Source: Bugula neritina
Taxonomy: Eukaryota > Animalia > Bryozoa
Length of the DNA: 64,000 bases
NCBI GenBank assembly: GCA_964035545.1
Contig: OZ037765.1
Span: 34,930,080-34,994,079, forward strand
Direction of reading: 5' to 3'
This document shows positions 1-13,500 of this stretch, one piece after another. Made by a program: the position numbers and the translations under genes. The notes below the pieces were generated by a model. The model did not search any database and was not told the origin of the DNA. It was given only the letters and a program-made list of their open reading frames with translations. Within the stretch, counting starts at the first letter, position 1. Each line of letters begins with the position of its first letter.

Positions 1-567
1 AGTTATAAAGGGGATATTTTAGTTCAAGATTTGACTTACGCATCAATTATTGTTTTTGAAAAGAAGATTGTGTACTATTTACTATAGTTACAAAGTCCAC
101 TAGAAAAGAAAGTGGGGGGGGAGGTGGGGTAAACCTATAGTTTGAAACAGAACAGCTGTGGGCGTATTTGTTTATGTGAAGCTTGAAGTTGACACATATA
201 TATTATAATATATGATGCATATTGTCAAAAGTATCTCAACTTGGACTTTGCTTATTGACCAAGCTGTATAGTTTATCAGTGAATGTAAATATGGGTGGAT
301 CATAAACACTGATAAGGTAGCTATGATATAATATTATATACCTGTATAACGCAGTCTTCGTGTTTATTTGTAGAGTTAACATCACCGTGTTGAATATTAA
401 CTTTGCTCTTTGAGCTACCAGCCTGTTCCCATAGCTTGGCTGTTAACATATATACTAAAAGTTATTTACAGCTCCAGTTCTGTAATAGTCTATATAATAT
501 AATATATTTGTTGTATATACTGTATGTTTACAGAATCTATAACTTAAGTGATAGTTTTATATAACAA

Positions 568-973
568 TGTTATGGATTTCAGTGGTGTAATGTATGTTAG
601 TATTAATCGAAAGGGGCCGACTCTATATTATATACTATTTTGGAGTTCGACTACATCGACCTGTAGCTATGGACAGCAGTGGCACCACTAGTAACCACCA
701 ATCAGGACGGACACACTAATTAATAGCAGGTGGAGCTAGCTACTCGTAGTTGCAGTGCGCTGAGTAGCTAGCCGGCAGAGCAGCTTGGGACTTCATTTAG
801 AGTAGTTGTGTATAAAGCTCACTAATTATGTAATCGTTTCTATTCATGTTAGCAGTGAATAAAACTTCTTGTATTTTGTAAATAATAAACTTGTCTTAGC
901 GTAAACAACCTGGTGTAGCGGCTTTGTTTAAGTTGACCCACACGTAATATAGTGAACTGCGAAATTCACTACA
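568..973 (+). mobile_element. Solo LTR (Ty3/gypsy-type)
   Basis: TG...CA ends; colinear similarity to the reverse complement of the LTR at 48499-48920 (shared aattatgtaatcgttt, aacctggtgtagYggcttt); flanks acaa/ataa may be a decayed 4-bp TSD. Confidence 0.6.
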
Positions 974-1263
974 ATAACACTATAGCATTATATTAGAATA
1001 TCATGTTGCAACTTTACACTATAGTATTATATTTTAGCATATTGTATTAAAATATCTTATAATAATTTTACATTATGTCGCCATATTAAAAGCCATATTA
1101 TAATTTTATATGTTAGTATTGCATCATAAAGTCGCCTAATTTTCTTCTATATGCTAAGCCTTTCCTTTGTAATTTATTTTCCTTTGTATTATATTGTAGC
1201 AGTTGTTACAGATGAGAATGAAGACTATTGAATACAACTAGAACTGTAATCAGTGACTATAGA

Positions 1264-1516
1264 ATGGGTCAACGTAAATCTCTACCTCAGCCTACACCTG
1301 CACCTCGAACTCAGCCTACACCTCCACCTAGACCTGCACCTAGACCTACCCCTGCACCTCGAACTCAGCCTACACCTCCACCTAGACCTGCACCTAGACC
1401 TACCCCTGCACCTCGAACTCAGCCTACACCTCCACCTACCCCTGCACCTAGACCTACCCCTGCACCTCAACCTCCACGTACACCTCGAACTCTACCTACA
1501 CCTCGACTTCCACCAA
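1264..1516 (+). CDS. Gene A first coding exon: MGQRKS plus Pro/Thr/Arg-rich stalk (about 3 x 54-nt repeats, PTPAPRTQPTPPPRPAPR)
   Basis: Acceptor ttgttacag at 1211, in-frame stops upstream of ATG 1264, donor A|gttagt (phase 1); homologous exon at 34242-34392. Confidence 0.7.
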
Positions 1517-4500
1517 GTTAGTAAATCAATAACTTATACACAGTGTGTCAAATTAGTTCTGTAAGAAGTTAGTAAACACTGAGTGAGTTTCGGTGATAAG
1601 CAAAGTTTTACAGGGATTTAGCAATTAAAGTTTCTGTCATCTTGCAGACCATTGTCTTTAATCTTCAATCTACTCAAAGAATAATATTTATGGTCTTAGA
1701 GAACCTGAGTCTAGGATTATGTTATGCCAAGCCAGTTATTATGTATAAAGTGGTGCACACTCTGTAGGGCTGAGAACATCTTGCTGGCTATTCTCTTGAG
1801 TGAATGTCTATAATATCTCATGTCCAACCAATCAGCTTGCTTATTAGCCGCTTTCGGCCAATCACAAACTGACTTCTATAACTCAGCTTTCATTAGGAGT
1901 TGCGCTACTTTGTGTGAAAATATTACATTCATATATATAAACTAAGATTAAAATATTATAACATGTTTTACTGGCAAGTGGTACTACATATAATCAGTTG
2001 AAATAACAAATGCATTTGAAATGTATTTTGGAGTTATATACTCTCTCTTGTTTACTTAAACACTGTTTATAGTGTTGAGACACTCTGTTATTTTGATGTC
2101 AAAGTTATTATTTATAAAATAATGAATATTTTGTAGAGAAGTACGAGGTGTGGTTCAACACATCCAGTATAGATGGAGCTGATGATAAGTGGATGAAGAA
2201 TAGGACTACATACTACACTGTAGAAGAGATCAAGAATAAAAGTAGACATCATACAGTGACTCATGTTATACTGAAGCATGACATTCCTCCAAATATCAAC
2301 ACACTGTTTCCTCATATCACACATCTAGTGGTATTTGAAGTATACAGCAATGCTGACTGGACCAGGTATGATATTGTGTCTAACACATGCCGTATAAGAG
2401 AAGAAAATGAGAATTTCTTGTCAATAGTGACTATTCATATACTGCTAGCTAGTATTTAGTGACTATTCATACTGCTAGCTAGTATTTAGTGACTATTCAT
2501 ACTGCTAGCTAATATTTAGTGACTATTCATACTACTAGCTAGTATTTAGTGACTATTCATACTGTTAGCTAGTATTTAGTGACTATTCATACTGCTAGCT
2601 AGTATTTAGTGACTATTCATACTGCTAGCTAGTATTTAGTGACTATTCATACTGCTAGCTAGTATTTAGTGACTATTCATACTGCTAGCTAGTATTGAGG
2701 TTATCTTTAGAGTTATATTTGTTTTTATATCTGTATGTTATGTTACAGCATATCTTTACTGAAGAATCTTGAGGTATTGAATATATCAGATAATAACCTA
2801 TCTGAAGGTCTACCTGACAATATATTCACATCCTTACTATCATTGACAGAGTTGAACATGGAGTACTGTGTACTGTTAACTCTACCAAACAGGTGTGTAT
2901 TATATTATAGTGTAGAATGATACTGTAATATATATATATAATATCTCATCAGTAACTAAGCAACTGTCTGCATACATAGCAAAGGTTTCTACAGTTACAC
3001 TCAGGTTGAGGATATTCTGTTGAGACTAGAGCTAAGCAGTCAGCGTGTAGGAATTTAAGCATTTTCCATGATATTTTTTTAATTGCATTTTTGTTGGGTA
3101 GAAGGGATAGGATTTCTACTTGATAGCTTACCATGTGTACAGTACTATTTCCTGTGTACTCCGAAGGGTGGTTTGCCTTCTTCCATCTATAAGTACAACA
3201 TGTAATTGGTTGTTAAATGCAAACAAGTCTGACCGTTCTACCTGTCAGGGGCATGAAGTGAATATCTTTCAACCATTGGCTGGTGAGTAATATATCTGTG
3301 CATAACACAGATGTTGCAGGATTTAATTAACTTAGCCATATCTCTACACAGGGCTGTCCACCAGAAGTGGTGCTGAGCCCTCACTCTACACTCATATACC
3401 CCCTGATGGCCCTTGTGGCACATTTCTAAATATCCTGACCGTATAAAGACTAGGGAATATACACCCTGGACTTGTACATTAGCATATTATTATAAGCTGG
3501 TAAATAATGTAGGACTGTATAAAGTTGTGTTAGCCCACCTGTCAAACTCCTACCAATTTTTGGCTGTGGAAATTCTAATATACTTCTATACTGAAAGGGT
3601 CTGAGTTTGTAGTTTTTAGTCCTGTTTCTAATATTTATTATCATAGCACTCACTCTAGCACTCAATACCAACCATATAGATCTCAGGCAGATTAGAATGT
3701 TGCTGTCCTCACCATGTAACAGATCTTTCATATCTGTATGTTATGTTACAGCATATCTTCACTGAAGAATCTTGAGGTATTGAATATATCAGGGAATAAC
3801 CTATCTGAAGGTCTACCTGACAATATATTCGCATCCTTACTATCATTGAGAAATTTGAACATGAATCAATGTAGACTACCAACTCTACCAAACAGGTGTG
3901 TATTATATTATAGTGTAGAATGATACTGTAATATATATAATATCTCATCAGTAACTCAGCAACTGCATGTCTGCATACATAGCAAAAGTTTCTACAGTTA
4001 CACTCAGGTTGAGGATAATCTGTTGAGACTAGAGCTAAGCTGTCAGCTTGTCAGCATTTAAGCATTTTCCATGATAATTTTTTAATTCTGTGTATTTCCC
4101 GCCTGCTTTTAGCTGTTAGTCATCAATGAAAGTGACTTGCATTTGTGTTGGTTAGAAGGGATAGGATTTCTACTTGATAGCTTACCATCTGTACAGTACT
4201 ACTAATTCCTGTGTACTCTGAAACTAGGATATTTCAGATCAGCTATCAGATTTACAAATTGTTAGTTGCTACAGAATTTGGGGTTTAGAGTTCAGACAAT
4301 AGTTTGTATACAAACACTGCACCCCACGACCCCAAGCTTTGTGCTGCATTCATCAATTCCCATCAGATTTTATCCTATGCAGTTGGTGGTTGTTGAGTGC
4401 TGATTGGCTGATTTGTTCTACTTGTATCAAGTGCTGCAAGCCTGAATGTTTTCTCTTTTACTGGAAGATCATTTATTCAGTTTAAAAAGTTACGATTATA

Positions 4501-7500
4501 TAAACATGAAGGCTGGTTGCCTTCTTCCATGTATAAGTACAACATATAATTGGTGGTGGAATGCAAACAAGTCTGACCCTCCCACCTGTCAGGGGCTTGA
4601 AGTGAATTTTTCAACCAATGGTTGGTGAGTAATAGCTCTGTGCATAACACGGATGTTGCAGGATTTAATTAACTTAGCCATATCTCTATACAGAGCTGGC
4701 CACTAGAAGTGGTGCTGAGCCCTCACTCTATAACATTCATATACCCCCTGATGGCCCTTGTGACACATTTCTAAATATCCTGACTGTATAAAGACTATGG
4801 AATGTACACCCTGGGCTTGTACATTAGCATATTATTATAAGCTGGTAAATAATGTAGGACTGTAGAAAGCTGTGTTAGCCCACCTGTCAAACTGCTACCA
4901 TTTTTTGGTCGTGCAAAATCTAATACTTTGATACTGATAGAGTCTGAGTTTGTAGCTTTTAGTCTCGTTTCTAATATTTATTATCATAGCACTCACTCTA
5001 GCACTCAATACCAACCATATGAAACTCAGGCAGGTTAGAATGTTGCTGTCCTCACCATGTAACAGATCTTTCATATCTGTATGTTATGTTACAGCATATC
5101 TTCACTGGAGAATCTTGAGGTATTGAATATATCAAGGAATAACCTCTCTAAAGGACTACCTGACAATATATTCACATCCTTACTATCATTGAAAGAGTTG
5201 AATATGATGAGGTGTAAACTGTCAACTCTACCAAACAGGTGTGTATTATATTATAGTGTAGAATGGTACAGTAATATATATATATATAATAACTCATCAG
5301 TAACTCAGCAACTGTCTGCATACATAGCAAAGGTTTCTACAGTTACACTCAAGTTGAGGATATTCTGTTGAGACTAGAGCTAAGCTATCAGCATGTCAGC
5401 ATTTAAGCATTTTCCATGATAATTTTTTAATTATACATGTATTTTTACCTGCTTTTAGCATTTAGTCATTTAGGGAGACGAATGGTATTTGTGTTTGTTA
5501 GAAGGGATAGGATTTTTACTTGATAGCTTACCATGTGTACAGTACTAATTCCTGTGTACTCTGAAGCTAGGATATTTCAGATCAGCTATCAGATTTACAA
5601 GTTGTTAGATGTTACAGAATTTGGGGTTCAGAGTTCAGTCAATATAGTTTGTATACAGACACTGCACCCCACGACCCCAAGCTTTGTGCTGCATTCATCA
5701 ATTCCCATTAGATTTTATCCCATGCAGTTGGTGGTTGTTGAGTGCTGATTGGCTGAGTTGTTCCACTTGTATCACGTGCTGCAAGGCCGAATGTTTTCTC
5801 TTTTACTGGGAGTTCATCTATTCAGTTTAAAAAATTACAATTATAAACATGAAGGATGGTTTGCTTTCTTCCATCTATAAGTACAACATATATTTGGTTT
5901 TTGAATGCAAACAAGTCTGACCCTTCTACCTGTCAGGGGCTTGAAGTGAATATCTTTCAACCATTGGTTGGTGAGTAATTTCTCTGTGCATAACACAGAT
6001 GTTGCAGGATTTAATTAACTTAGCCATATCTCTACACAGGACTAGCCACCAAAAATGGTGCTGAGTCCTCACTCTACACTCATGTACCCCCTGATGGCCT
6101 TTGTGACACATTTCTAAATATCCTGACTGTAAAGACTAGGGAATATACACCCTGGACTTGTACATCAGCATATTAAAAGCTGCTAAATAATGCTGGACTG
6201 TATAAAGCTGTGTTAGCCCACCTGTCAAACTGCTACCACTTTTGGTCGTGCAAAGTCTATTACGCGGTCTGAGTTTGTAGTTTTTAGTCTTGTTTCTAAT
6301 GGAACTCAGGCATATTAGAATGTTGTTGCCCTCACCATGTAACAGATATTTCATACCTGTATGTTGTGTTACAGCATGTCTTCACTGAAGACTCTTGAGG
6401 TATTGAATATATCTGAAGGTCTACCTGAAAATATATTCACATCCTTACCATCATTGAAAAGGTTGTATATGATGGACTATAAACTGTCAACTCTACCAAA
6501 CAGGTGTGTATTATATTATAGTGTAGAATGATACTGTGATATATATAATATCTCATCAGTAACTCAGTTGCGTTTATACCTCTGCTGAAAAAATTTCCGA
6601 GTTTCAGTTAATAACCCTTGTCTGGGTACCCCTTTATAGTCAAACTGAAAATCGTTGAATTCATATTGATGCGGAAGCACACTTTCTAAAATTGAAATCT
6701 GACTATTTGATGCCCTTTGTAAATATTCTGACGGTAAAGACTAGGGAATATACACCCTGGACTTGTACATTAGCATATTATTTTAAGCTGGTAAATAATG
6801 TAGGACTGTATAAAGCTGTGTTAGCCAACCTATCAAACTGCTACCATTTTCGGCTGTGCAAATTCTATTACTTTTGTACTGATAGGGTCTGAGTTGGTAG
6901 TTTTTAGTCCCGTTTCTAATATTTATTATCATAGCACTCACTCTAGCACTCCATACTAACCATATGAAAGTCAGGCAGATTAGAATGTTGCTGTCCTCAC
7001 CATGTAACAGATATTTCATACCTGTATGTTATGTTACAGCATGTCTTCCCTGAAGAATCTTGAGGTATTGGATATATCAGGGAATAACCTATCTGAAGGT
7101 CTACCTGACAATATATTCACATCCTTACTATCATTGAGAGAGTTGTACATGAGATACTGTGAACTGTCAACTCTACCAAACAGGTATGTATTATATTATA
7201 GTGTAGAATGATGCTGTAATATATATAATATCTCATCAGTAACTCAGCAACTGTCTGCATACATAGCAAAGGTTACTACAGTTACACTCAGGTTGAGGAT
7301 ATTCTGTCAACATTTAAAATTATTCAAAGTTATTCTATAAAACTCATTTGTTAACTGGCATTTTGTAACTTAACCAGTTCTCGGTCTATGATTTGTCTAT
7401 ACAAGAAACTGCTTTCTTTGTTTATTAGAGTTATCTTCCCTCTAATATAACCAACTTTGTCACTCACACTTCTGTTATGTCATATTGGACCTCTGCAGCT

Positions 7501-10500
7501 CAAACCAAACTGTCACACAACTTATTTAAAGTTTCTCCAAATTCTCATTTACTACTTGACTACTAACTGACTCCGTTAGTTCTCAGTCTATGATTTACCA
7601 GATCTTAGGCTATAGAATGAGTTCATACCTGTATGTTATGTTACAGCATGTCTTCACTGAAGAATCTTGAGGTATTTAATATATCAGGGAATAACCTATC
7701 TGAAGGTCTACCTGACAATATATTCACATCCTTACTATCATTGAGAGAGTTGTACATGGAGAGCTGTAAACTGCCAACTCTACCAAACAGGTGTGTATTA
7801 TATTATAGTGTAGAATGATACTGTAACATATATAGTATCTCATCAGTAACTCAGCAACTGTCTGTATACATAGCAAAGGTTACTACAGTTACCCTCAGGT
7901 TGCGGATATTCTGTTAAGACTAGAGCTAAACTGTCAGCATTTAAGCCATTTTCCATGATAATTTTATATTTCTGTGTATTTTCCGCCTGCTTTTAACTGT
8001 CAGTCATCAATGAAAGCGACTTGCATTTTTGTTGGTTAGAAGGGATAGGATTTCTACTTGATAGCTTACCATGTGTACAGTACTAATCCCTGTGTACTCT
8101 GAAGCTAGGATATTTCAGATCAGCTATCAGATTTACAAGTTGTTAGAAGCTACAGAATTTGGGGTTTAGAGTTCAGACAATAGTTTGTATACAAACACTG
8201 CACCCCACGACCCCAAGCTTTGTGCTGCATTCATCAATTCCCATCAGATTTTATCCCATGCAGTTGTTGGTTGTTGAGTGCTGATTGGCTGAGTTGTTCC
8301 ACTTGCATCACGTGCTGCAAGGCCGAATGTTTTCTCTTTTACTGGAAGTTCATCTATTCAGTTTAAAAAATTACAATTATAAACACGAAAGGTGATTTGC
8401 CTTCTTCCATCTATAAGTACAACGTATAATTGGTTGTTGAATGCAAACAAGTCTAACCCTCCTACCCGTCAGGGGCTTGAAGTGAATATCTTTCAACCAT
8501 TGGTTGGTGAGTAATACCTCTGTGCATAACACAGATGTTGCAGGATTGAATTAACTTAGCCATCTCTCTACACAGGACTAGCCACCAGAAGTGGTGCTGA
8601 GCCCTCACTCTACATTCATGTACCCCCTGATGGCCCTTGTAGCACATATCTAAATATCCTGACTGTAAAGATTAGGAAATGTACACCCTGGACTTGTACA
8701 TTAGCATATTAATATAAGCTGGTAAATAATGTAGGACTATATAAAGCTGTGTTAGCCCACCTGTCAAACCGCTACCATTTTTCGGTCGTGCAAATTCTAG
8801 TGCTTTTTTACTGAAAGGGTCTGAGTTTGTAGTTTTTAGTCTCGTTTCTAATATTTATTATCATAGCACTCACTCTAGCACTCAATACCAACCATATGAA
8901 ACTCAGGCAGGTTAGAATGTTGCTGTCCTCACCATGTAACAGATCTTTCATACCTGTATGTTATGTTACAGCATGTCTTCACTGAAGAATCTTGAGGTAT
9001 TGAATATATCATGGAGTAGACTATCTAAAGGTCTACCTGACACTATATTCATATCCTTACTATCATTGAGAGAGTTGAACATGAGGAACTGTAGACTGCC
9101 AACTCTACCAAACAGGTGTGTATTATATTATAGTGTAGAATAATACTGTAATATATATAGTATCTCATCAGTAACTCAGCAACTGTCTGCATACATAGCA
9201 AAGGTTTCTACAGTTACACTCAATTTGAGGATATTCTGTTGAGACTAGAGCTAAGCTGTCAGTAATTTCTATGACGTCACAGCTGCCATAAGGCTTTGGT
9301 TTACTGGTCATAAAATAATTTAAGCTTCATCAGTTTATATATTTGAATTTTTAAAAAATTGGCTCAAAGTTTGGGTATCTAACAAATTTTATCTAGCAAA
9401 AATAGAAGCAGAATAGGTGGTAGTGAAATTATCATTGGACGTCAACAATGACTCAACCATGATTTTTTACACTTTCATTCAGCTGGTAGAATTGAAAATA
9501 AAATTGTTTTCTTTTATGTTCAAGACAAGACAACTGCATAGAAAGGAGTAGTTTTTTAGTCAATTCCATGGAAGAGTAGTGATTTGCACATTTGACAAAG
9601 TTACGTTAGCAGATTTAACTGAATACTGGTATTCATTTTCACCCTTACTTTTGCAAGTTATGTAGATAATACCAAATCTACTTCTAATTAGTCAAGTATT
9701 AGATACTATCCCCAGCTGCAGGCTAGCTATACAATAACTATTTGCAGTGTGCAGCAATATATATATCATTTGGTATAAACAGAAATGATTAGTAAGGTAT
9801 GATTATTAGATTGTGTAAACAATGCATAGAATATACTGTGATATCTGGTAACAACATTTACCAGATGACAACTAAATATATATTTCTATATCAACAAACC
9901 CTGCCTTTGTTTGAACTCTCTATTATTTGTGATGTTTACCAAAGCAGTTCATTCAAAGGTCAAGGACACATTGTTTAACTATAATATATAACTATTTTAT
10001 AACTTTCTATATTACCCAATAATGTAATGAATATATTTGCAATGTTAACTTCTAGACATTATCATTCAACAAAGAGGGTGCTCTTATTTCTGCATGAAGT
10101 CAAATTTTTGATATAAAAGTTATCATGTGATAGTAAAGATGCTTCAACTTGTACTGACAGTGTATAGTGTTCTGTTTACTAGCATACAGAGTCTACAGAA
10201 GTTAGAGGAGCTGGACATATCAGGTAATACCTTCACGAGTTTACCATCTCCTGTGTGCACACTGAGTAGTCTGCAGAAACTGGATATATCCTTCAACCAC
10301 TCCCTGACATCCTTAAATCCTGAGATACTACAGCTAACTCAACTTCATACACTGTATTTAGATCATTGTAATGCTCTCACATCTCCTCCACTAGAAGTAT
10401 GTAAGAGAGGAGTAGATGATGTGAGACAATACTACACAGACTTGGCTAAAGGTGCTGGTAGAAGTCTTCCATTTGCTACTATAGCTGTACTGGGTAATAT

Positions 10501-13500
10501 GATGGCTGGGAAGACCAGTCTAATCAGAACATTACAGAATGCTGACAGAAAGAGAGTTCTGACCAACAGAGGGCCAGATGCTGTGAGAGATGAGACAACA
10601 AAGGTGTTTAATGTTGAAGAAGTGGAGGTGGATGGTACAGTACTCCGTGTCATCGATATGGGAGGCCAGGAGGTCTACCATATCACCTATCAACTGACAC
10701 TGAGACAGAATTGTATTCCAGTCATAGTAGTCAACATGGAACAGTATGAGGAGATCTCAAGTGATTCAACACACAGAGAAGCTGTTAGAAGATTAGCCTT
10801 TGATTACATGTCTCACCTCTACCTGGCTAACCCAACTCTTGGTGCCCCAAAACTTATCTTCACACATAAAGATAAGTTTCAAAGTGCAGAATTCCAAAAG
10901 CTTCAAAAAAATTTCCTTGGAACTTCAAATCAACTGTGTGAGGAGATGATCAGGGAAGAGAAAGCATTGGGTGGACAATTTGCTCAAATCAAACATTTCA
11001 GTGAATCAACTGAAAGAGTCTTTCTTGATGAGGACATTTATGAGGTGGGGAAAGATGATAGGTATGAAGTGTTTGACCAGATCAAGGAGTCTCTTCTTCA
11101 AACCAGTCAACATTTTGTGAAATCTTTACCTCTGGTTTGGGAGGAAGTGAATGAAAAAGTGCTGTCTATTCCCTCTGTGTACAGCACCTTTGATGAGATA
11201 CTGAAATACTTACAAACCGAACTTCAAACCATTGAGTCAAGTCAGCTGGACATCATCCTCACATACATGCATGACTGTGGCAAAGTCTTGTGGTATAAAG
11301 ATATCAGCTCTCTCCAGCCATACGTATTCCATAAGATTTCACAAGTCACCAAACTTCTCTGTGTTTTGTATCATCATGATCCTAACATATGGCAGAGTAG
11401 AGTTGACAAGTTCCAGCCATATTTTTCAGAGGATGGGATGTCTGTTGAAAAAGAAGACTTTGAGAGATTTGTTAATCATTTCACTGAGACTGGTTTGATG
11501 ATGCAATGCCTTCTCACTCATCTGGTTAAACAAGAAACATCATTTACCAGTCTGGAAGACGTAGAAGTTGCTGTGTGCTTGCTTCGCACATTCCGTCTGT
11601 TATATGGTCCTTTACCTGGTGATTCCAAGGAGCCCTGTTTTATTGTTCCCCAGTTTGCTAACGACTTCTTTGATACCTCTTACTCTTCGCCAAAGAATAT
11701 GCTCCTTCGAGTTGAAACTAAATTCAATGGTCTAGCCCTGCCACACTATGTCTATCAGCAGATGAGTGTTGGTTTGTTGGAGTTGTTTCCAGACGAGTTT
11801 GCTGTGGTTAAAGTGAGAAGAAATGGAGCCAATGTCTATCAAGATGGTATCTACACACAGCTGGTACACGACTTTACATCTAGAAAAGTGTCACTCCACG
11901 TGTCATCTACTGCTGCCAACATCAGCAGAATGTGGGAGAGACTCATCACCACCAACAACAACATCCTCAGACATGTCCTAGAAACTTGGACAGCAAGTAG
12001 ACCAGTCACTACATGCTACTGTGCTCACTGTCTTCTGCTAGGACTTCCTTGTCCTAAGAAGGTGATCAATCCTCCGTGGTGTCTTCGCTCTTTGAAACAT
12101 TCCACACCACGTCCCGGACTGTGTAGTGGATCTTCAACAACTCTGTGTGGTTATGAGGAGATACCGAGTGCTCTTCTCTATCCATGTATGTTTGCATTCA
12201 GTTTGAAGTGAATATCTAGTTTTGCTCGCTTTCATCAGTCTTTCTACTATTTATGTTCTGATAGTAATAAACATATAACTTCCATGTGGTAACTGACAAT
12301 GTTTTATTCTCCAGGCAGCCCTCTTTCTTCAGAAGAAGCTGATAACATAAAAAAACGCGTCACCAAACTGAGATCTGCAAGAGAAGAGACTGCTTCAACT
12401 GTCCCTGGTATGATCAGTTTTCTATCATAAACTGTTACTGTTAGAAGTGACATCCTCTGCCTGAGCTCAGTCATATGTAAACAGCAATAGACAAGAACTC
12501 ATTACACTCAGTTATATAGGACAAAATCACTCAGCTTCAATTATTAAATTTGATCTATATAATTACTGATTAAAAGTGGAAAATATGATTCTGTTCCTTG
12601 TTTACAGTTATTTGGATAATTAGTATCTGTTACTTAGCACTGAACATATCTCCTTTTTTGTTTATTTTAGGAATAGGTGAAGATGATAACCTCAGTGAAT
12701 GCTCTGATGTAGAAGAGGAAGGATATGCTGATTTTACTAAAGATGACCTTGAACCTTTTATATTTATGGTTGATGGCATGCAACTGAAACCTACCAACAG
12801 TGAAAGAGTTAAACAGAAGTTTGACAACTACCAGCAGGTAAAACAAATAATATTGTCTCTGACTATTTCCTAAATCATTGAATATTTTTTCAAAAATATT
12901 GGGTTACATCACATAATTTCTAAAAATGTGATTGTTATTCTATTTATCCACTTTTAGTAAGATAAAATTGATTGGTTTACAGGTTTATGCAATGAGTGAC
13001 CCTGTGAGAGGTCGTGTCATGATCATAAACAATGAGAGATTCTTTAGAGATGATGGCAGTGAATTGACTGAGGCAACCCGAGATGGTTCATACATCGACT
13101 ATGTTAACATCAAAACTCTGTTGAAAGACATGGGATTTGTTGTAGCCAATGAAGATGATCCTCTGTTTGACCTGAGTAAACAGGTTACTGTATCAACCTC
13201 TTATCTTTTTGTGTAGTTCCTTCTCCCTAGGGCCTATAGACTGTCACTAGCTATCAAATACTATCCAGTACAGAGATGTATTGTAGTCCAAGAAGTCTAC
13301 ACCGTGTTTACCATGGTGTTCAAATTAATAGTTTTATAATTTTACAATTATAGTGCGTGGGTTTTATTGTGCGTAGCAGGTATCCTCTTCTAGTTAAGCA
13401 ATCACTCGGGTAGTAGCCGGATAATAGTCTTAATTATTTAACTCAAACACAATACAAAACATCACTCTAAATTACAATACAACAATAGCCATATAATACA

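Larger units (their letters stand above)
3166..8950 (-). pseudogene. Repeated decayed Ty3/gypsy pol (integrase H2C2 region) relics forming most introns of the gene A LRR array
   Basis: Minus ORFs 3238-3423, 5926-6111, 8462-8647 read [20 protein letters not shown]...DMAKLIKSCNIC (integrase HHCC zinc finger); a frameshifted copy lies near 4580-4770. Confidence 0.8.

Noticed and set aside
1253-1564. Leu/His-rich ORF 1253-1564 and Arg/Cys-rich minus ORF 1282-1470
   Set aside because: Alternative frames of the proline repeat; only the Pro frame is phase-compatible with exon 2 and conserved in gene B
2427-2697. 30-bp repeats (also 35310-36305) or the cassette array as CRISPR
   Set aside because: Head-to-tail units without unique spacers, no cas genes, spliceosomal context
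2735-9143. The 61-aa MLCYS...VLYYSVE ORFs as independent small genes
   Set aside because: Their ends are translated splice signals (atgttatgttacag, gtgtgtatta); they are internal exons
10183-12185. Calling the genes LRRK2, DAPK1, MFHAS1 or an NLR
   Set aside because: No kinase or death domain; DxGGQ and THKD mark a ROC GTPase rather than NACHT/NB-ARC; orthology to MFHAS1 cannot be shown, so no symbol is given
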